From Aeromonadales bacterium (GTDB lineage: Bacteria; Pseudomonadota; Gammaproteobacteria; Enterobacterales; Aeromonadaceae), in the NCBI GenBank assembly GCA_012518835.1, contig JAAYRH010000079.1, positions 6,791-70,790 on the forward strand: DNA of 64,000 bases, given 5' to 3'. The translations under genes and the position numbers were made by a program. Shown piece by piece: positions 63,293-64,000 of this stretch; position 1 is the stretch's first letter, and the number at the start of each line of letters is the position of its first letter. Under the pieces are notes generated by a model that made no database searches, was not told the origin of the DNA, and was given only the letters and a program-made list of their open reading frames with translations.

Positions 63293-64000
63293 ATTATTGA
63301 GTGATGTCACCTATAAAAAACTCCGCCGCTTTCGCAGTATTCGCCGAGGCTATTATTCCTTTTGGCTATTTATGATGATGGTGGTGCTAGCGCTGACCGC
63401 CGAGTTATGGGCCAGTGATAGAGCGCTACTTGTTAAATATCAAGGCCAGCTTTACTTTCCCACTTATGGGCAGGTGCTCACCGGCGATACCTTTGGCTTA
63501 GACTACCAATACGAAACCAATTATCGGCAATTAAAAGAGGCGTTGGCCAGCGAACCCGACAGTTGGGTTCTTTTGCCACCAGTACCTTGGAGCCCCTACG
63601 AGCAAGACTATCGTAGTGATGGCTATCCCCCCCATGCTCCCAGTGTGGCGCAACAACATTATTTAGGTACCGACAGCTCGGGGCGAGATATTTTGGCACG
63701 CTTAGTTTATGGTTTTCGTACTGCGGTGGGTTTTGCTTTTATTGCTCTTACCGCCAGTTACGCTATTGGCGTGCTGTTGGGCTGCATGATGGGCTTTGTT
63801 GGTGGCAAGTTTGACTTGTTATTTCAGCGCTTTATTGAAGTGTGGTCTCAAGTGCCTTTTTTATACGTCATTATGATCTTGGTCTCGCTTACTCAGCCCA
63901 ACTTTATGTTATTTGTCGGTATTAATGTGTTGTTTGGTTGGATGGGCATTACTTGGTATATGCGCACCCTCACTTACCGAGAGAAAGTCCGAGATTATGT
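63285..64000 (+). CDS. yejE: peptide ABC transporter permease (YejE-like), 3' truncated by window
   Basis: ATG overlapping the yejB end; RFR..RRGYYSFW, HYLGTDSSGRDILARLVYGFR; open to window end (not in the ORF track). Confidence 0.88.
   Translation, partial: MARLLSDVTYKKLRRFRSIRRGYYSFWLFMMMVVLALTAELWASDRALLVKYQGQLYFPTYGQVLTGDTFGLDYQYETNYRQLKEALASEPDSWVLLPPVPWSPYEQDYRSDGYPPHAPSVAQQHYLGTDSSGRDILARLVYGFRTAVGFAFIALTASYAIGVLLGCMMGFVGGKFDLLFQRFIEVWSQVPFLYVIMILVSLTQPNFMLFVGINVLFGWMGITWYMRTLTYREKVRDY

Noticed and set aside
63285-63420. Possible frameshift in yejE because it is missing from the ORF track
   Set aside because: Manual translation from the ATG at 63285 is open and YejE-like to the window end; it is omitted only because it has no stop codon

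Overview
Gene-dense, mostly core-genome window from a gammaproteobacterium. Gene order and protein style suggest Aeromonadaceae, Oceanisphaera/Oceanimonas-like; this is an inference, not a database result. Order: glrR (partial), acidic hypothetical, topB, a PilB-like Trx-MsrA-MsrB fusion, murB-birA, coaA, tRNA Thr-Tyr-Gly-Thr, tuf, tRNA-Trp, secE-nusG, rplKAJL-rpoBC, cysJIH-cysG, a TIGR03899-like gene, ppa, mpl-ubiX, hpt, yadGH, a GNAT, panDCB-folK-pcnB-gluQ-dksA, sfsA, thpR, hrpB-mrcB, hemL, a DUF6776-like gene-erpA-grx-HIT, tyrS, yadS-btuF-cbiB-like-mtnN, arcB, a LysM/inverse-autotransporter gene, rfaH, metQIN and yejB-yejE (partial). I saw no rRNA, CRISPR array, transposase or prophage. Most interesting observations: (1) a tuf copy with divergent residues and non-optimal codon usage; (2) a LysM plus intimin/invasin-type barrel with no passenger domain; (3) a Neisseria PilB-like MsrAB with a candidate internal AUU start; (4) a very acidic small protein upstream of topB; (5) an unannotated 37-aa membrane ORF; (6) a heptamer-built 23-bp inverted repeat between rpoC and cysJ; (7) a tRNA-Trp with U11-A24 and a G27-A43 mismatch; (8) a conserved AUU start for pcnB. 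Several ORF-track starts were corrected by hand using RBS position and homology. All counts and residue numberings are manual, and family alignments are from recall.
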